From contig MU004230.1 of NCBI GenBank assembly GCA_010405405.1, positions 2,266,627 through 2,330,626 of the forward strand: 64,000 bases of DNA. The letters are read 5' to 3'. The stretch's first letter is position 1. Every line of letters begins with the position of its first letter. The notes beneath the pieces were generated by a model. It was given only the letters and a program-made list of their open reading frames with translations, did not search any database and was not told the DNA's origin. The position numbers were made by a program, and so were the translations under genes. This DNA is from Microthyrium microscopicum (taxonomy: Eukaryota). Below are positions 47,421 to 61,537 of the stretch, one piece after another.

Positions 47421-47937
47421 CGTAGCGGATGCCGGAGGATCGAAAGGAGAGGTTGGCTAGAAGCCAGAAATGAGCATGCTATTGAACAAAATGTGCCGAC
47501 ATGAATGGAATAATTGGGGTCGACTCGCGAAGGTGAACAGCCAAATTAGTTACGTGGTTGTTAATGATGCGAAGAAGGCGACGATGTTCAGATTGTCGTT
47601 CTTGGCATTTTGGGATCTTTCGCTACACGTGACATATATTAGCATTAAGCCCTATAGGGAAGGTGTTCGCGGCGAGCCTCAATTCATGGATACCTATAAT
47701 CTTCAACACCACAATTGTTGTACCGAGTCGTCGAATAATGTTCATTAGGTTAAGCTGTTCCTCAAGATAAAACCATGGACACGGCAACGAAGAGAGAACA
47801 CAGATGGTGCCATCAGTGTATGATTATGTTCATCGGTTTACAATTTCGTAATTGAGCAAATGGACAGTGCAAGTGAAGTGATTGCGTTGTAAGTCAAGTG
47901 TCTATCTAAGTATGTGAAGAGGGTATCTTTGAAAATG

Positions 47938-49516
47938 CTATGCTGGAGGTAAGAACGCCGAATACAGAGCCGCCTGAATCATTCCATACATGACCATTAC
48001 TCGAACGGTTACTGACGAACTCGAGTCTTTGCGTAAGCAAAGCTCAGAAGCAAGCCATATGTACCATAGCGGGTATCCTGACGCTAAGCGATTGATAATC
48101 TGAACATGTGCCGTAGTCAATGTTATAAGCGCAATTGCGAGCTGTGGCAGCGCTAAACGACGAACCACATATTGACCAGTAGAGTTCAGGTACTGGCTGG
48201 ATGTAGATTGGCGGAAAGCAGCAGTGCCTGCTCGATATAAAACCCAAAGCATGGGAGCTGCGAGCAAGAATAGTGGGATATTGGAAGCAGTCCAATACTT
48301 AAACGGACCAACATTCCAATATCGAGACTGAATTGACGAGTAGATGCCAGGCGGTATTTGCTGACACCAAGGAGGTTGTAGCTTTTTATCTGCCATATAG
48401 CAGAACTCATTGTACGCGACGTACTGCGGGTAGATGTAACCTGCGCCGATCATCGATCCGGCTAATATAGTGGACCAAATGCTAGATAGATATTGGGAAT
48501 CCTTATCAAGCTCTGCCTGCGCAAATGATATTCTAAATCCTGTCAAACGCAGAGCCCAGAGAGCGGCATCATAGGCAAAGAGCAAACCATTTAGCAACCC
48601 ATTGCCACGAACTGTGCTAGCTACCCCGAAGCATATCCCGGAGCCTAATACGAACAAGTTCTGCCCGGCAGTTGAGGATGGTTGACGACGGTAAAATACG
48701 CCTTGAGCATAAAGATAATAGCCGAGGAAACTGAGAAATGAGTAAAGCGCTTCCGAGTATGGCGCAATGAGAAATACCCCAGCAGGCGACAGAATATGAA
48801 GTGCAGCTGCTATCAATGGAAGATGAACAAACTTTGAGTTTGGTCGATCCGAAAGAAATAGTTCCGTGAGTTTGAAAAGAACAATGGCAGATAGTAGGTG
48901 GCATACATTTGCTAGAATGATGCCATGTAAGACCACTGTTGTATCCTGGTCATTCGTGAGCTTCCAAGCTATTACGATATCAGCAGAATCTCTTAAATTA
49001 TCGATGGGGGCATGGGAAAGAGTATAAGGTCCACGAGCTTATCACACTGACATAGTGCAATAAGTCATCTGCTCATACTTGATGAGTTGTAAATATCAGG
49101 CGCCAGCAAACTATATGTGCCCAAACATATAACGACAAGTGTAATGGGAGCAAACACATACCTTGACTTAGCCAACTCAACACACCCGTCCAACCAAATG
49201 AAAAAGCCCAATCTTGTTCATTTGTATAGTAGCCCTTCCAGGCAGCAGACACAAAATAGAACGCATCCCATCTGACAAACTTGCTCAGCAGACCAGCAAG
49301 TGAAACCTGCGATAACGACTTGCCGTTTTCGGCGCTTAACACGTCGTTTAAGGAACCAGCAATATGCTGCTGGGGGTGGGAGCCGGTGCCGCGCGGTAGT
49401 ATAAACAGCCCCGTTGATGAATCGTAGCCGCTGCCCGGCGTCAGCAGCACGATGGCCAACAACACGAGTTTCCAGGCTGCAAAGATCAGGGCAAGGGTGG
49501 CGAGTGGACCACGCAT
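47938..49516 (-). CDS. GPI18: GPI mannosyltransferase 2 (PIG-V)
   Basis: RWDAFYF, EQDWAF, APYSEALY, RGNG, YWNVGPFKYW and C-terminal FLPPA. Intron 48969-49161. Confidence 0.92.
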
Positions 49517-50718
49517 GATGTTTGGCGGAACCGCAATGCTTTGCTGGTGATGTGGATGCCTTCAAAGTCCAGAACTTGTTGTTGGTCTACGAGTGGTGCG
49601 AACGTCAAGCGGTGTGCACGCTCACGAGTTCACAATTGACCCGCGTGGGACCGATGAACGGATGTCTGGTCGCAGACAAATAGCCCGTGATGCATCGGGT
49701 AGGTAGATCGGTAAGTGCGGGTGTTTGGCGGTCAAAGGCAGCCGAGATTTGACGACAGATATCCTCGGTGCGTTGTTAGACGGTTAGAGGGACCACGAGG
49801 AGATGGACACAGCGCGAGAAAGGATCAGATGGGATGATTTGGCAGGTGCAGTGTCAGGAGGGGTTGGTGGTTCAGGGGGCGACACACTCGCTAAGATGAT
49901 GGTGATGGATGACAGTGGACAGGACAGACTCGACAGAGTAGACTTGACAAACTGGCGATATGCAGGGGTTTCACTTTTCAATTCAGGGGAACTCGCAGAT
50001 CAAGGCCCCTCCCAAGTCAAGACCACAAAAAGTCAAGTCCATGTCTGATGAGTCGTGATTTCTTATGTGCTTATGCACCTACTGTATGCGCTAAACTTAC
50101 CTTTGCGTAACTTTTCAACGAGGCGCACTGCTTTTTCTTGTCGAGGGGTTCGAGGGGAGTTTGAGGGGTTCATTATCTATGGCGTCCATGCAATTCAATG
50201 CCGTTGGATCAGAGCTAACTGTCAGAATGGCCAGAATTCAAGGCCGCCCATCGATGCCGCAAGGGGTTCGTTTATGAAAGGCTGGTGTGAAATGCAGACA
50301 GGCACAGGGTCGTCGTTTGCAGGCATTTGATTCCAACCACCAATTGTAGCTGCAGCTTAACCTCATCACATTCAACACCTTGCCGCAGACCTTGAAGTTC
50401 ACAAAAATGCAATGATTGAAAAGCGAGAGAAAAAAAGAATTATGAGGTCAAAAAATTATAGAATTTCTATATTATTTTATTGGGATGCTTGCTTGCTATC
50501 TCTGATGGCGCTGCAATCCCTTTATCATCCTCTGTCCAACGGAGAGCTGTCTGCTCATCCTGATTAATCCAACAACGCCATGCAATGCAATATGCTTCTT
50601 CGTGCTTCGTGATATTCTGTCAAATCCAGCCAGTGGATTGATTATTCCCCGGATGCTTCATCTCTTTCGTGGTCCGACATGGGTCTAAGATGTGACAAAA
50701 GAAAGGCCCGCTATGCAA

Positions 50719-51732
50719 TCATGCGCGCACTGGTTGAGATGTATGGTTTAGGAGTCGTGATAGGAAGCCAGGAGTTCCGCCCACTCGGGCCTTTTTGGCT
50801 GGTTTTTCTTCGTAGCTTTGAAGACGATGGACCATGTGAGAAGTCTTTCCAGTAATATCCCGGGGTTCAATGTGAACTACGACTTCTCCGGTCTCTGTTT
50901 CCGATTGGGAGAAGTTGTGGGGAGGAAGCTCATCAATGGGAGACTCGAGTCTGTCATCTAGACTGTCCGTGTCTGGAGATGATACAGATGTGCTACGAGA
51001 TGGAGGAGAGAGTGATGGAGTGCGAGAGATAGGGTGTCTGGTTGTATCCAATGAGTAACCAGAGTAGGCAGTGAATTGCTGTTGGCGGGTTTGGGATCGC
51101 TGTTGCATTTCGTAGAGTTGTTGTTGGCGAATACGCTCTTGCATAACCAATTGGTCCTTGATTGGGGCAAGGAATGGGTCCAAGTGTTCATAGAGATCCT
51201 CGTTGCGGATTCGAAGATCCCAGTCGAGAAGGAAGAGCATTTGCTTCTCCATGAGATTGACTTCAGTAATTGAGAAGCCAAACTTGGGATATCCCTTGAC
51301 AGTGGTATATCTGGCCCAGTGCTTGTTCTTGGGCGACGAGTCGTTGAGATTCTTTGCGGCCAAGATCAACGCGGCCAGAAAGATTCTGTGCATAGTGCAT
51401 GCCATGCCCTTGGCAACAGTTGGGAGCTTCTCACGGAGCCGTGCCAGGTAGACGAGACTTGTCATTAGTGTTGGAACTTGAACATGTGAGCGTTGAACAA
51501 TTGATGTAATGTATTCCTCTAAGCTTGGAAGGGCAAGTCCGGGTGGAGGAGTCGAGGGCGGCGTTAGTGTTGAAGAGGGCTTGGCTAGGATTTCTGGAGG
51601 TGAGTCGCAGCGGATGACCTGTGATGTTGCTTTGGCCAGATAGCAGATCATATCCCGGGAGACTGGAAGTTGGATAAAGTAGTCGAGGGCAGCTTTGCTT
51701 TGAGAGGCCGAGTTGGAGGTTGACGAGGCCAT
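50719..51732 (-). CDS. Pho85-type G1 cyclin (PCL1/PCL2-like)
   Basis: [43 protein letters not shown] and [17 protein letters not shown]. The start is placed at MASSTS. Confidence 0.9.
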   Translation of the reverse strand: MASSTSNSASQSKAALDYFIQLPVSRDMICYLAKATSQVIRCDSPPEILAKPSSTLTPPSTPPPGLALPSLEEYITSIVQRSHVQVPTLMTSLVYLARLREKLPTVAKGMACTMHRIFLAALILAAKNLNDSSPKNKHWARYTTVKGYPKFGFSITEVNLMEKQMLFLLDWDLRIRNEDLYEHLDPFLAPIKDQLVMQERIRQQQLYEMQQRSQTRQQQFTAYSGYSLDTTRHPISRTPSLSPPSRSTSVSSPDTDSLDDRLESPIDELPPHNFSQSETETGEVVVHIEPRDITGKTSHMVHRLQSYEEKPAKKARVGGTPGFLSRLLNHTSQPVRA

Positions 51733-54700
51733 TGTGAGTATGTGAGGTGGTGTATGGAGTAAGTGGTGTTGATATTTAGGGTTGCAAGGCTGAAGATGCA
51801 AGAGTATAGTGGAGGACGGTTGATATGTATAACACGGCCAAAAGGGGAAGTAGGCGTGTATAAGTTGGTGGAATGAAGAGTTGAAGAATTAGTCCAAGAT
51901 CCGAACCAGCGGAAATGATCTGTATATATGTGAGGGGTGGTGGCGGGAAGGGCGAAGGTGAGGTGGTGAGGTGTGAGGCTGAAGAGGGTAAGGCGGAGGA
52001 GGAGGTTGGAAACCCAGGAACCAACGTCAAGAAAGAAAGGAAGAGGTAGAAGAGAAAGAGAGATGGGGTATAGATGGAATGGAATGCTAGAAGCGCAGGG
52101 TGAGAATAAAAAAGCTGGAGGTGAGGGAGAGCGCAGCACTAAATACCCCTTGTGGAAATGGCAGGACAAAGTGCGCAGTTCAAGTAGGGGAATAGGGATA
52201 TGGATCCAAATCTGGATGTATGGAGTATGGTTGCGTGCAACAGTGACAAGCCTTGCAGGCCAAGCACTAACCGCGGCAGGCCAGGCGTATGTGTTGGGGG
52301 AGAGAGCGGAGTCAGCTTTGCAGGAGCCCAAGGAAGCCCCTTGACTCGCTATGTTGAATTTCCTACAATGGTTGAATGGATCTCTCTATCCTGCCCAAAC
52401 GTAGAGAATAGCGGAAGCGTGGGTAATTTTCCAAACCGCGAGTAGGCTGGGTTCGGAGATGGCGACTGGCTGTGAAGCCTCCGCTAAATTGATCTAGGTT
52501 TCTGGCTTTGTCTGGGTTCGCGGCAGCAGCAGCCTCTATCCAGCAAACACTGGCGGATCGTGCTGCTTGGACGATGCACTGGCGATGCACTGCCCGCTCT
52601 AAACTCTATTGTAATAGAAAGTCGATTCTCTCTATTGCGCACCCGCCTCTTGATTGGATCTTCGCCCCGGTCCGGATGGGTTTTGCTGCGTTTTGCGGGA
52701 CTCAATCTCAACCAGTCAAAGACAAGAACTCCCAGTCCTTGCAGATTGACGTTTTGACGTTGCGCTTCTTCGAAACCAGCGAGCCGCTTATTCGTGTTCT
52801 TTTCGTTTCAGACCTTCAGTGATGCTGGGCCAGTAATCTTCGTCAACCAGCCACCTCGTGAGGCACCGTTGTCAGTTCTCTGGTTTTGTTGGAGATATCA
52901 ACTATAAGATATCAATCTGTACCGATAGGGTTCACTATATTCTCAAAATGGCGATGCGACGACCCGACGGATCAAAGCTCGGAATTCTAAGACGCCGGTC
53001 CCAGGAGAGGTAGGCGAGATGCGTGATAGATGGATCAAAGTGGGATAACCTAAAAAATGTCGGATATCATGAAATGTCTGGATGCAAGCACCTTTTCAAT
53101 TTTCGGCGTGGCACCCTCCGGATGTATATATGCAACGGTGAGTATTCTACTGCATTCTCCTAGCCTCTTGGAATCCGCCTGCTGGAAAAGCGAACACGGT
53201 TGGGCTTCGTCACCAAGTCGCATCATCTGCCTCTACCTTGATTCACTTATCCAAAAGCAGCGGCACTCAACCCAACTCAACCCCAGTCTGACCAGCCCTT
53301 CTGATTGCAAGATTTGCGACACCAGCCGGCTTCCCGCCCGATTGACCATCCGCAATGGGGAGCTCTGGGTCAAAGGTCAAAGCCATCCCTTCATTGCTTG
53401 CTAGTTTTGGTGCAATATGGAATCTTATGCGGCAGTGCTGCGATGCTATTGCATACCTGCAGGCATCTTTGTCCCAATCCTCTAATGTTGTACGCAACTC
53501 CTACTCCAGAAACAAACTATTGTGGCAAGCAAGCAACGAGGGGCAGCGAAACCGTGCCAGCCACCCGGCCTTTGCCGTTCCAGGCATTTCCTACCTGTTA
53601 GGGCGGGATCATCGCAAGTAGCTAGATTTTTATTCATGTCAGCGCCACGCGAGGCAAACTGACCAGTCGTAGTCAAAAGAAAACATTTTGTTCCAAAAGC
53701 AATCAATTTCGATATTAAATGCATTACGCTTGCCAGGTTCTTGTAAGCTGGATCAAGTGGCCATTGATATATAGCAGGTCGGGATTAAACCCATCGCCAG
53801 CCCATAAAAGCGAGTGCATTAACATATCAAAAGAAAGCTTGTCCTTGACACATGGCGAATATGAAAACCCCTATACTGAGGATCCGAGAGTTTTCCGTTG
53901 AAGGCGGAGGATTGTCAAGATGCAAGTGGTGTAAATCGTGCCCTTGCATCCAGGCGCAGTCAGGCAGAATATGAGAACCTGCCATAAAGGGCATCTTGAT
54001 CCAGCAGGAACCAGAATATACGAGATACGATCATAGCGATCTGAACACGCTGATTATCGCGGCACAGTTTCATACTACCAAAATAATAGAATCACCACTG
54101 GCTGAATACAGTTCGGATCCATATCTTCCTTCCTGAATAGATGATGCCAGACAGAAATAGAGATTCGCGCGGGGAGGGTTCGCGCGCGCCTTCCCCGCCA
54201 CCACGCTGCTTGAATCGTTTCTTGACCTTGAGGAGTCGAGATTTTATGGGTCCTGCAATAAGATTGACATTTCGAGTCGCGACACCACTGTACACCCATG
54301 GCATATCAAAGGTATTTTTGTTTTTGGCCCGCAGAACAATAAAATATGATCAAATATTCTCCTCTTCTACAGCATAATGCTTCTTTTGAATCACAAGATA
54401 GGAACGCCGTGCATTTGCTCCTAGTGCTCCAAGCTCTAGAATGAACCGATGGTTCCGTTCGGCATTAATCTAGCCTTACCGTATCTGAAGTTATCGTCGA
54501 ATTCTCACCGGCAATCAAACAACCCCACAATGTGGATTTTCGGATCCAAGGTCTGGTACGATAATTCTCTAGTGTCAGTAGAAATCAACTGGCTTCGTTC
54601 CGAAATCGCAAGACATGCATCTACACGCGAGATTATTCCTAAATAAGACCCATCTGCCTGGTAAGGTACGCGGCATATAATTTAAGTTGTGGCATAGAAC

Positions 54701-55957
54701 CATAATATCGATGTTAGCCCCTCATTTGATTCGTCACTTTATTGAGACAAGCCACAGAAACAATATATTGCATCTATTTTCAGCTCCGTAGATCATTCAA
54801 TATAAACATTTTGTCGCAAATCCAATCGTCATCGTATCTCCTCATCCGCACTTTGAAAAAGAATATCCAGGTTTCAAAACACTTGGCCTTCGCAAATAGG
54901 TAGGCGACTGGCGTTGCTCAATTCTTACTGTTAACGGTTCCGCAATCGATTGCGACAGTCATCTAAGCCCTAACGATAAACTGAGCAGATTAGGCTTGTA
55001 ATGACTACTCCTCTGAGTTCTTCGTGGCGAGCTTCTAGAAGGATTGCAAAATTTTACACCTCATCATTCAAGCAAGGTCAACAATAGGGCAACTACTAAC
55101 GACGAGATCCCGAATAATGCAGGCGCAATGGTACCCGGCCGGGCCTACCGGCCTTTCCCATATTATCTGTCAGAGCCTAAATGCTTGTTCTTAAGGGCAA
55201 AATTCTTATGGCAAAATGCTTTTTTCTACTGTAAGTGGTTGGCAGTGGTGAGTGTGAATACGGTAGTACTCGGGTACATGAGCTTCAACACCTTCCCATT
55301 GGATCATATCCCTTACGGATTGTGATAATCATATCCAATGAAACCCAAATGGTGGAACAAACAATTCTTCTCCCCAATGCTCTGTTTCAATCAGAATAAC
55401 TCTGAATATAATCATTGCGGGGCTGCATAAATTGAGCGATAATTCTACTTGAACTACTCAAAGCCTTGGCGTGTCTAGAGGCTGACATTGAAGTGAGACA
55501 AATCTAGCTTTGAGCGAATAGGATTGATGCTCAGGCGTATACTTCGGCTTTCTGTTATATTAGTTTGCTATCTTATCTACACTGTTTCACATTATTTTGC
55601 TTGTTTAATATCTGATCTTGCTTCACAGTATGTGTGGAGATGTGCCTACAGTAGTCAGAAGCGTAAGGCGTCATAAATCAGGATGAAAGGTCTATGACAT
55701 CTCTGATGCCACATTGATGCTGGGCGATACGCATCTTGGCCTGCTATTGCCAAATTCAGGATTTGCCCATGCGGATTCTGAGATCTCATCTGATACCGCC
55801 ACGTGTTTCTCCTCCAGGAAGGTCTATTGATCGGGATCAGAGTTAAACGTCGTCATCTGTTTCGATACAGCTGGCACACGAGAACACGACTCGATTCATC
55901 CGTCGGGGCGTCCGATATAGGCTTTTAAACTGCTCCCACAAAAAATGTGCATTATTA

Positions 55958-58900
55958 CCGTAGGAATCCAGTGAATTGAGCACGATGAAGCTAGTAAGAT
56001 GCCGTGAAGGAGGGTGGCGTTGTAAGGGGCGTCGAAAATATAGGGCTAGTAAATTAGGTAGTATCCGTTTTTAACGCTCGTGCCGTGTCTAGATGTCATT
56101 ACTAAGCAAGCTATTTTGACGTTTTTAAAGCTAATCTAAATTAATTCAAGCAGAATATTGTTATTTTAATAGCAGGGGTCGTTTTTATAATTAGGCTAAA
56201 GCTATAGAGGAACGTTTATATATAGATTTTATAGTAGAATTCTATATTATTCTTTATACTAATTAATATTCTTAATATCTAATTCTTTTACCTCTAAACT
56301 AATTAAATACTAGGAATTTAACTATTACTATATTATAGGTGCTAAAGAAAGGACGCTAAAACTATTAACCTTTTACTAAACTAGACCTAAATATTACAAG
56401 ATTAAGCTTTACTAGACCTTTTAGGGCTAAATTATATATTAAAAAGCATAAAGAACTTATCCTTAGGAAGTAACGTACTAAATAGGCTAAATTAAAGTCC
56501 TAGAATTATTCTTCTATAGAATATTAGCTAAAGATTATAGCGTAGATAATATAATAACGTATTCTACTTAAATAGGATAAAAAGTATTATAAACTAGCTA
56601 ATAGTATAAAGTAGAATAAATATTTTAAAACCTATTACTAGTAGCGTCCTACTTTATATAGTAAAGTAGTAAAGTTCTTTAAAGAATCTTATTTAATAAT
56701 ATTAAGATAGTAGAATTAGCGCGCCTTATTATAGGTTACTAAGAATTAAGCCTATAGAATTATAGACTCTCTAAAGCGTTCTAAGCACTATTCTAAACTT
56801 AAAGATACTATTTATATTTAGTATCACAAGTAACGAAAAGAAAAGAAGTCTATTAGTACTCGTTAATTACTTTAATATACTTAGAACGTATAGTAGTATA
56901 TTTATATAGCTAAGATTGCTATTAGAGTATTTCTTAAACAACGCAAATTCTTAAAGGGTTAGCTTTAAAGATTCCTACTCTACTAGAGGATTAGTTAAAG
57001 GAAGGCTACTTATATTGCTTAATAATTACCTAAATTATAGGTTAATTAATACTAGGACTTTATTATTTATATAAAGCTCGCTGTCTATAGAGTAATTAGA
57101 CCTACTAGTAATAAAAGAAGGAATATTAATACACTATTTAATAAGGAATTAGTTACTTTAATAATACCTAGAAGAATAGTTAATATAGATAAAATACTAA
57201 TATCTTTTTATAACTTTAGTGGTTATACTTTAGCAAATAAAGGGTCTAGGACTATTGCTATTTATACTTATAAAAATAGAGATAAGAAGTATTAAATAAT
57301 AATAGTTCTAGTTATTATCGCTAACAACGTCTTTTAAATTCTATTATTAATTATATTCTATAGAATTGCGAATAAGGATAAGGATTAAATCTTTAAGACG
57401 AAGGGCTTATTTTACTATTACGGCATTTATATAAAGTATAATAAGATGGCATAGAATAATAATAAATTAATATAGTAGTAATTAAAAGAGGTTTATTTAA
57501 AAGGAATAGATATAGCATTAGAGGAATATTTTAACAATCCTAGTAGTCTTAATAGCTCTAAAGATATTTCGTAGCCTTCTATCTTAGATAATTCTTCTCT
57601 TATACCTTCCTAAAATAAAAATATTTTGGTACTAACTATAGAATCTAGAGCTTAATTTAATAATATCTTTGCTAAATCCTACCTCTACTCCTCTAACCGT
57701 AGTAACTTTAATATCTTCTACTTCTTTAATATCTATAATATCTAACTCTTCTATTTTAATTATAGACGTATTCTCTACCTATAAAACTAAAGGCGTTAAA
57801 GCTATTTATAAAGATAATAATATTATTATTATTATTATTCCTCCTAGTTATATATCTAAAATCTAACTACTTAATATTAGCGTAAATAAGCTCTTTAAAT
57901 AATTAGTTAAGGAATTATAAGATTTCTAGTCTCTTATATTCTACAAATAGGAACGCTTTAAAGACTTCTTTAATCTTAAATCTATAAACTCCCTTTATTA
58001 GATAATATTATAATACTACGTATTTATAACATATATTATAAGATAGGTCTAGAGTTAAATATATACTTATAATAGTAAAGTTATTAGGCGCTTCTTTACT
58101 ACTATAGAATTAAATAACTAGTTAAATATTACTATTACGAATGAGAAGTATAATATTAGTATTAAAGATTTAATATAACTACTAGACCTTTCAAATTAGT
58201 AGTTAGTAAAACTAGAATCTATTAAAGTTACTACCACTAAAGAAGACAACTAATAAGAGAAGGATAATAATTCTAAAGCATACACGCCTAATTTAGGTAA
58301 TAAAGATAGTATAGAATATTACGATACGAATAAGATTAAAATACTTAAAGATAACGTTAAAGATATTAAAGATATTAAAAATACTACTACTAATATTAAT
58401 AAAGAAGAAAATAATAGCTTTATAACTTCCTTTATAGGCCTAATAGACGTTCTACCGTAAAATTTATCTATTCTTATACTGCTATAAATATTTTAACTAT
58501 TTATTATACCTTAGCTTATTCTTACTCTAATTCTATAGCCTTTTTACCCTTAGAATTAGTATCTAATATTACTATCTAATGCTCCTCCCTAAATTAAATC
58601 CTATAGCGGACTTAAAGAGTTAAATCCTACCTATTTTATATAGTAGGATACTCTTAAGTTACTAGAATAGATACTTAAAGACTAGTATTAATAGCTTTCT
58701 AAATAGGCCTACGATCTTACTTTAGAACCTACCTAAAATGTCAAGATAAGACATCTAATAGTAATATTCTATTAGTAATAGGACTTATAATATCTATTAT
58801 TTAGCGTTAAATTAGGTAGTATTCTTAACCTATAGTAAATCTAGTAGAGTTAAGAAAATTATAGGTAATGACTAGGCAATATTAGTATTAAAAAGAGCGC

Positions 58901-59157
58901 TTTAATTTATATACCTATATATAATTCTATATTATCTAGTTCTTAATATCTTAAGCTTTAAATATACCTATTTTAGTGTTAGAATTCCTTATTTAAGATA
59001 ATATAAAGTTAAATAGTATTATAGGGTTTATGGTTACAAAAATAGATTAGTAGTAAATTACTACTAGGGGCATTTCTACAGAAACCGCGCTAAAAAGCGC
59101 CTTCAAACGCCCTCTCCCTCCACATTTCATCGTGCTCAATTCACCGGATTCTCACGG
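55958..59157 (+). mobile_element. RIP-decayed pogo/Tc1-mariner DNA transposon, 3.2 kb
   Basis: ~32-bp TIRs (CCGTAGGAATCCAGTGAATTGAGCACGATGAA, 3 mismatches), TA target duplication and a very AT/TpA-rich interior. Relic DDE_1 motifs: NIDKILISF (from NMDETP), IIDVFSTYK and IPPSYISKI*LLNISVNKLFK (from IPPGCTS..QPLDVSVNKPFK). Confidence 0.9.
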
Positions 59158-61537
59158 TAAATGAGATCAATTTTTCGAACACATGGACTGCGCCACAGCC
59201 CTGTGCACTGCCACGCCACGAATCTTAATCCTAGCATGCCTCCAGCCAATCGCAGTCGCCGTCTTCCAGATCCATCATCCAACTTCAAACCGTTCATCTC
59301 TCGCTCCAACAAGTTGCATCGCCGCGCCTATCCAACAATAGCTGACTCAATTTGAAGCCGCACAACGATCCAACAGCCGCGGCGGTCGCTTGATGCCTAC
59401 CCTTTCATCACCCAACGCGCCACAAGACGCCTGCTCCTTTATCCGTTCTAATTCTATCTGCTGGTCTGTTCACTTTGGCGGGTACGGAGTACTGAACAGC
59501 CCGACCGCGCGGTTCCCATCGTTCAGCGGGTACATTAATACTGCGAACTCGTACGATGGCATCTGAAACGGCCATGTGGTTACAGATAGCTGTCAAAGAC
59601 GACGCCTCTCGAAAAGCGAGGTCCGTCGTTCAAAGTGCGTCGTGTCTTGGAGAAGCGCTGGTGTAATGGTGGTGGTACCTGACTTTGCCGCCCAACCTGC
59701 AGCGCGTCGGCGGCCCGGCGCGAGGTTATGCAAGTAATTTCGAACCATGCTGTATTGTTTCTATTCTTGAGGTTGGCCGTAAGAAGAGTATATCATTCTG
59801 GAAGGCGCTACTTGTTAGCTGGCCTGTGTATCCTGCTTTTTGTTAAAAGTGGCATCGACACGGTCATCTGGCAGTAGCGGCGGCAGCGTACTATTTTTGG
59901 TAGATACAATGTTGTATTCGGTATGATGAGGTAGCTCAGGTGAGTCGTGAACAATTGATTTGTTATCCTTTCTCCAAGGTCTTTTGAACTTTGCAAACTC
60001 ATAGCAATCATTCGAACTACATGGTAGGTACCGCTCTTGAACTGTCAAGACTGTATGATATACAGGTTACCACAATTGGCGTCTTGTGCTGCAGTTCAGT
60101 TCCGCAGGTAAGAGATAACTCGTCCAGTATATTAGCTGTACTTCCAATTACTGCCAAATTACTGCTTATAGGCATTAGTAGAGCGTTTCTTACAAGAAGA
60201 CTCTTTTCTGATGGTGACAAAAAGCTTAGACTTTCCGCTTACAATGTCTGCTTGTGCTGATACGGTATTGTCGTAGGAACTACTCATAGCGTCCTTTTCA
60301 ACATGTCCTTACACTCAAAGTCGCTTTGTATGATCAATTTGTTAGTCAAAAGTCGGCTTGCGCATAAATTGCACAGTTCAACTAAACCACTAAGGCACTA
60401 TTTCATATTCTGGCATGCCTTGATGTGCTGGGTGTAGAAGGCTGAGTACTTTGCACCATATGCTCACACTACAAAACCTTACTTGGTCTTCGACTAAGAT
60501 TTTCTTTCAGCGCCTAGAAATGAGTTCTCACCTCTGCAACCGAACTCCACAAATCAAATGACAGCGCAGCTCTCTGCTAGACGAGCTCACCCACTGAATA
60601 GACGTTTGCGTTCTAAGATCAAGACCATCATTTAAAGTATGGACAGGTCCGATCATTCTAAATAATATGATCGCTTGTCAGGAGAGCATCTTTGTCATTA
60701 GTGTCCAAACTTTCACAACTATTGTGTACATCACCGAAGTATTTTCATAATCTGGGAAGGTTCATGTGGTCAGTAGCATGCTCTCCACGTGCTAAGCCTT
60801 AAGGTAGCGTCAATAATGTTGCTCTCCCGAGTTTCTGCGGCTGAATTTATCGACAAGCTTTATTAGCGCGTGCTTAGCCTTACGCTAACATTATGTAGGC
60901 TTTAGCTTATCAATTCTACTCTGTCGTTTGCCAATACTAACCCAAATTTGCATGAGAAAATAAGACGTTGAAATGCTAATAGAAATCATAAGTAAGGAAG
61001 AACAGCTACAGTCGAGACTATGTCATGGAGTCAAAAATATTCCACGCTCTATTTTGGTTGTTCGAGGCAATACATTCAGCTTTCATGCGCCGCAAAAGCC
61101 TAGACCAGATGAACAACCACCACGAATGCAAGCGAGCTGCACTAGAACGGCAAAAAGCGGGCAAAGCTTGTCCAAGCCACTGAATTAGTAGCTCTGGGCT
61201 ACACTATCCTTTTCTTGAAAATGAGACTCCCTTCGTTCAACTCTTTGATCTTTCAAAGTCAAACTCCAACTTTGGGGCATTGACAAGCCTTACTGCATGG
61301 CTCCAGAAAGAACGACCTCGCTATATCTGAAAGGGTTATAACAGTGCAATCACGCCGGTAGTCGATCTTGGAACTTATGCGCTGAACTGGTGAGTGCCTT
61401 TCCCCTATCGATTATGCTGCTGATACATGATGCGACAGAATGTACGAGGCTGAATAACCTTCCGCCAGAACGCCGCGCGATTTGAATGTCGATACCCTAA
61501 CAGAGTCTCTCGATCTACTAAATAGAGCCATGTCAAA

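Noticed and set aside
48969..49161. Unusually long GPI18 intron as a snoRNA host
   Set aside because: No convincing C/D or H/ACA box arrangement by eye. An Infernal/Rfam search would be needed.
51733..55900. ORFs and CGCG-type (SCB/MCB-like) motifs in the long region upstream of the cyclin
   Set aside because: The ORFs are low-complexity UTR/promoter read-throughs, and the motifs are too short and scattered to call.
59598..59632. Hairpin GACGACGCCTCTCGAAAAGCGAGGTCCGTCGTT as a possible structured RNA
   Set aside because: A single imperfect stem with no ribozyme or ncRNA consensus seen around it.
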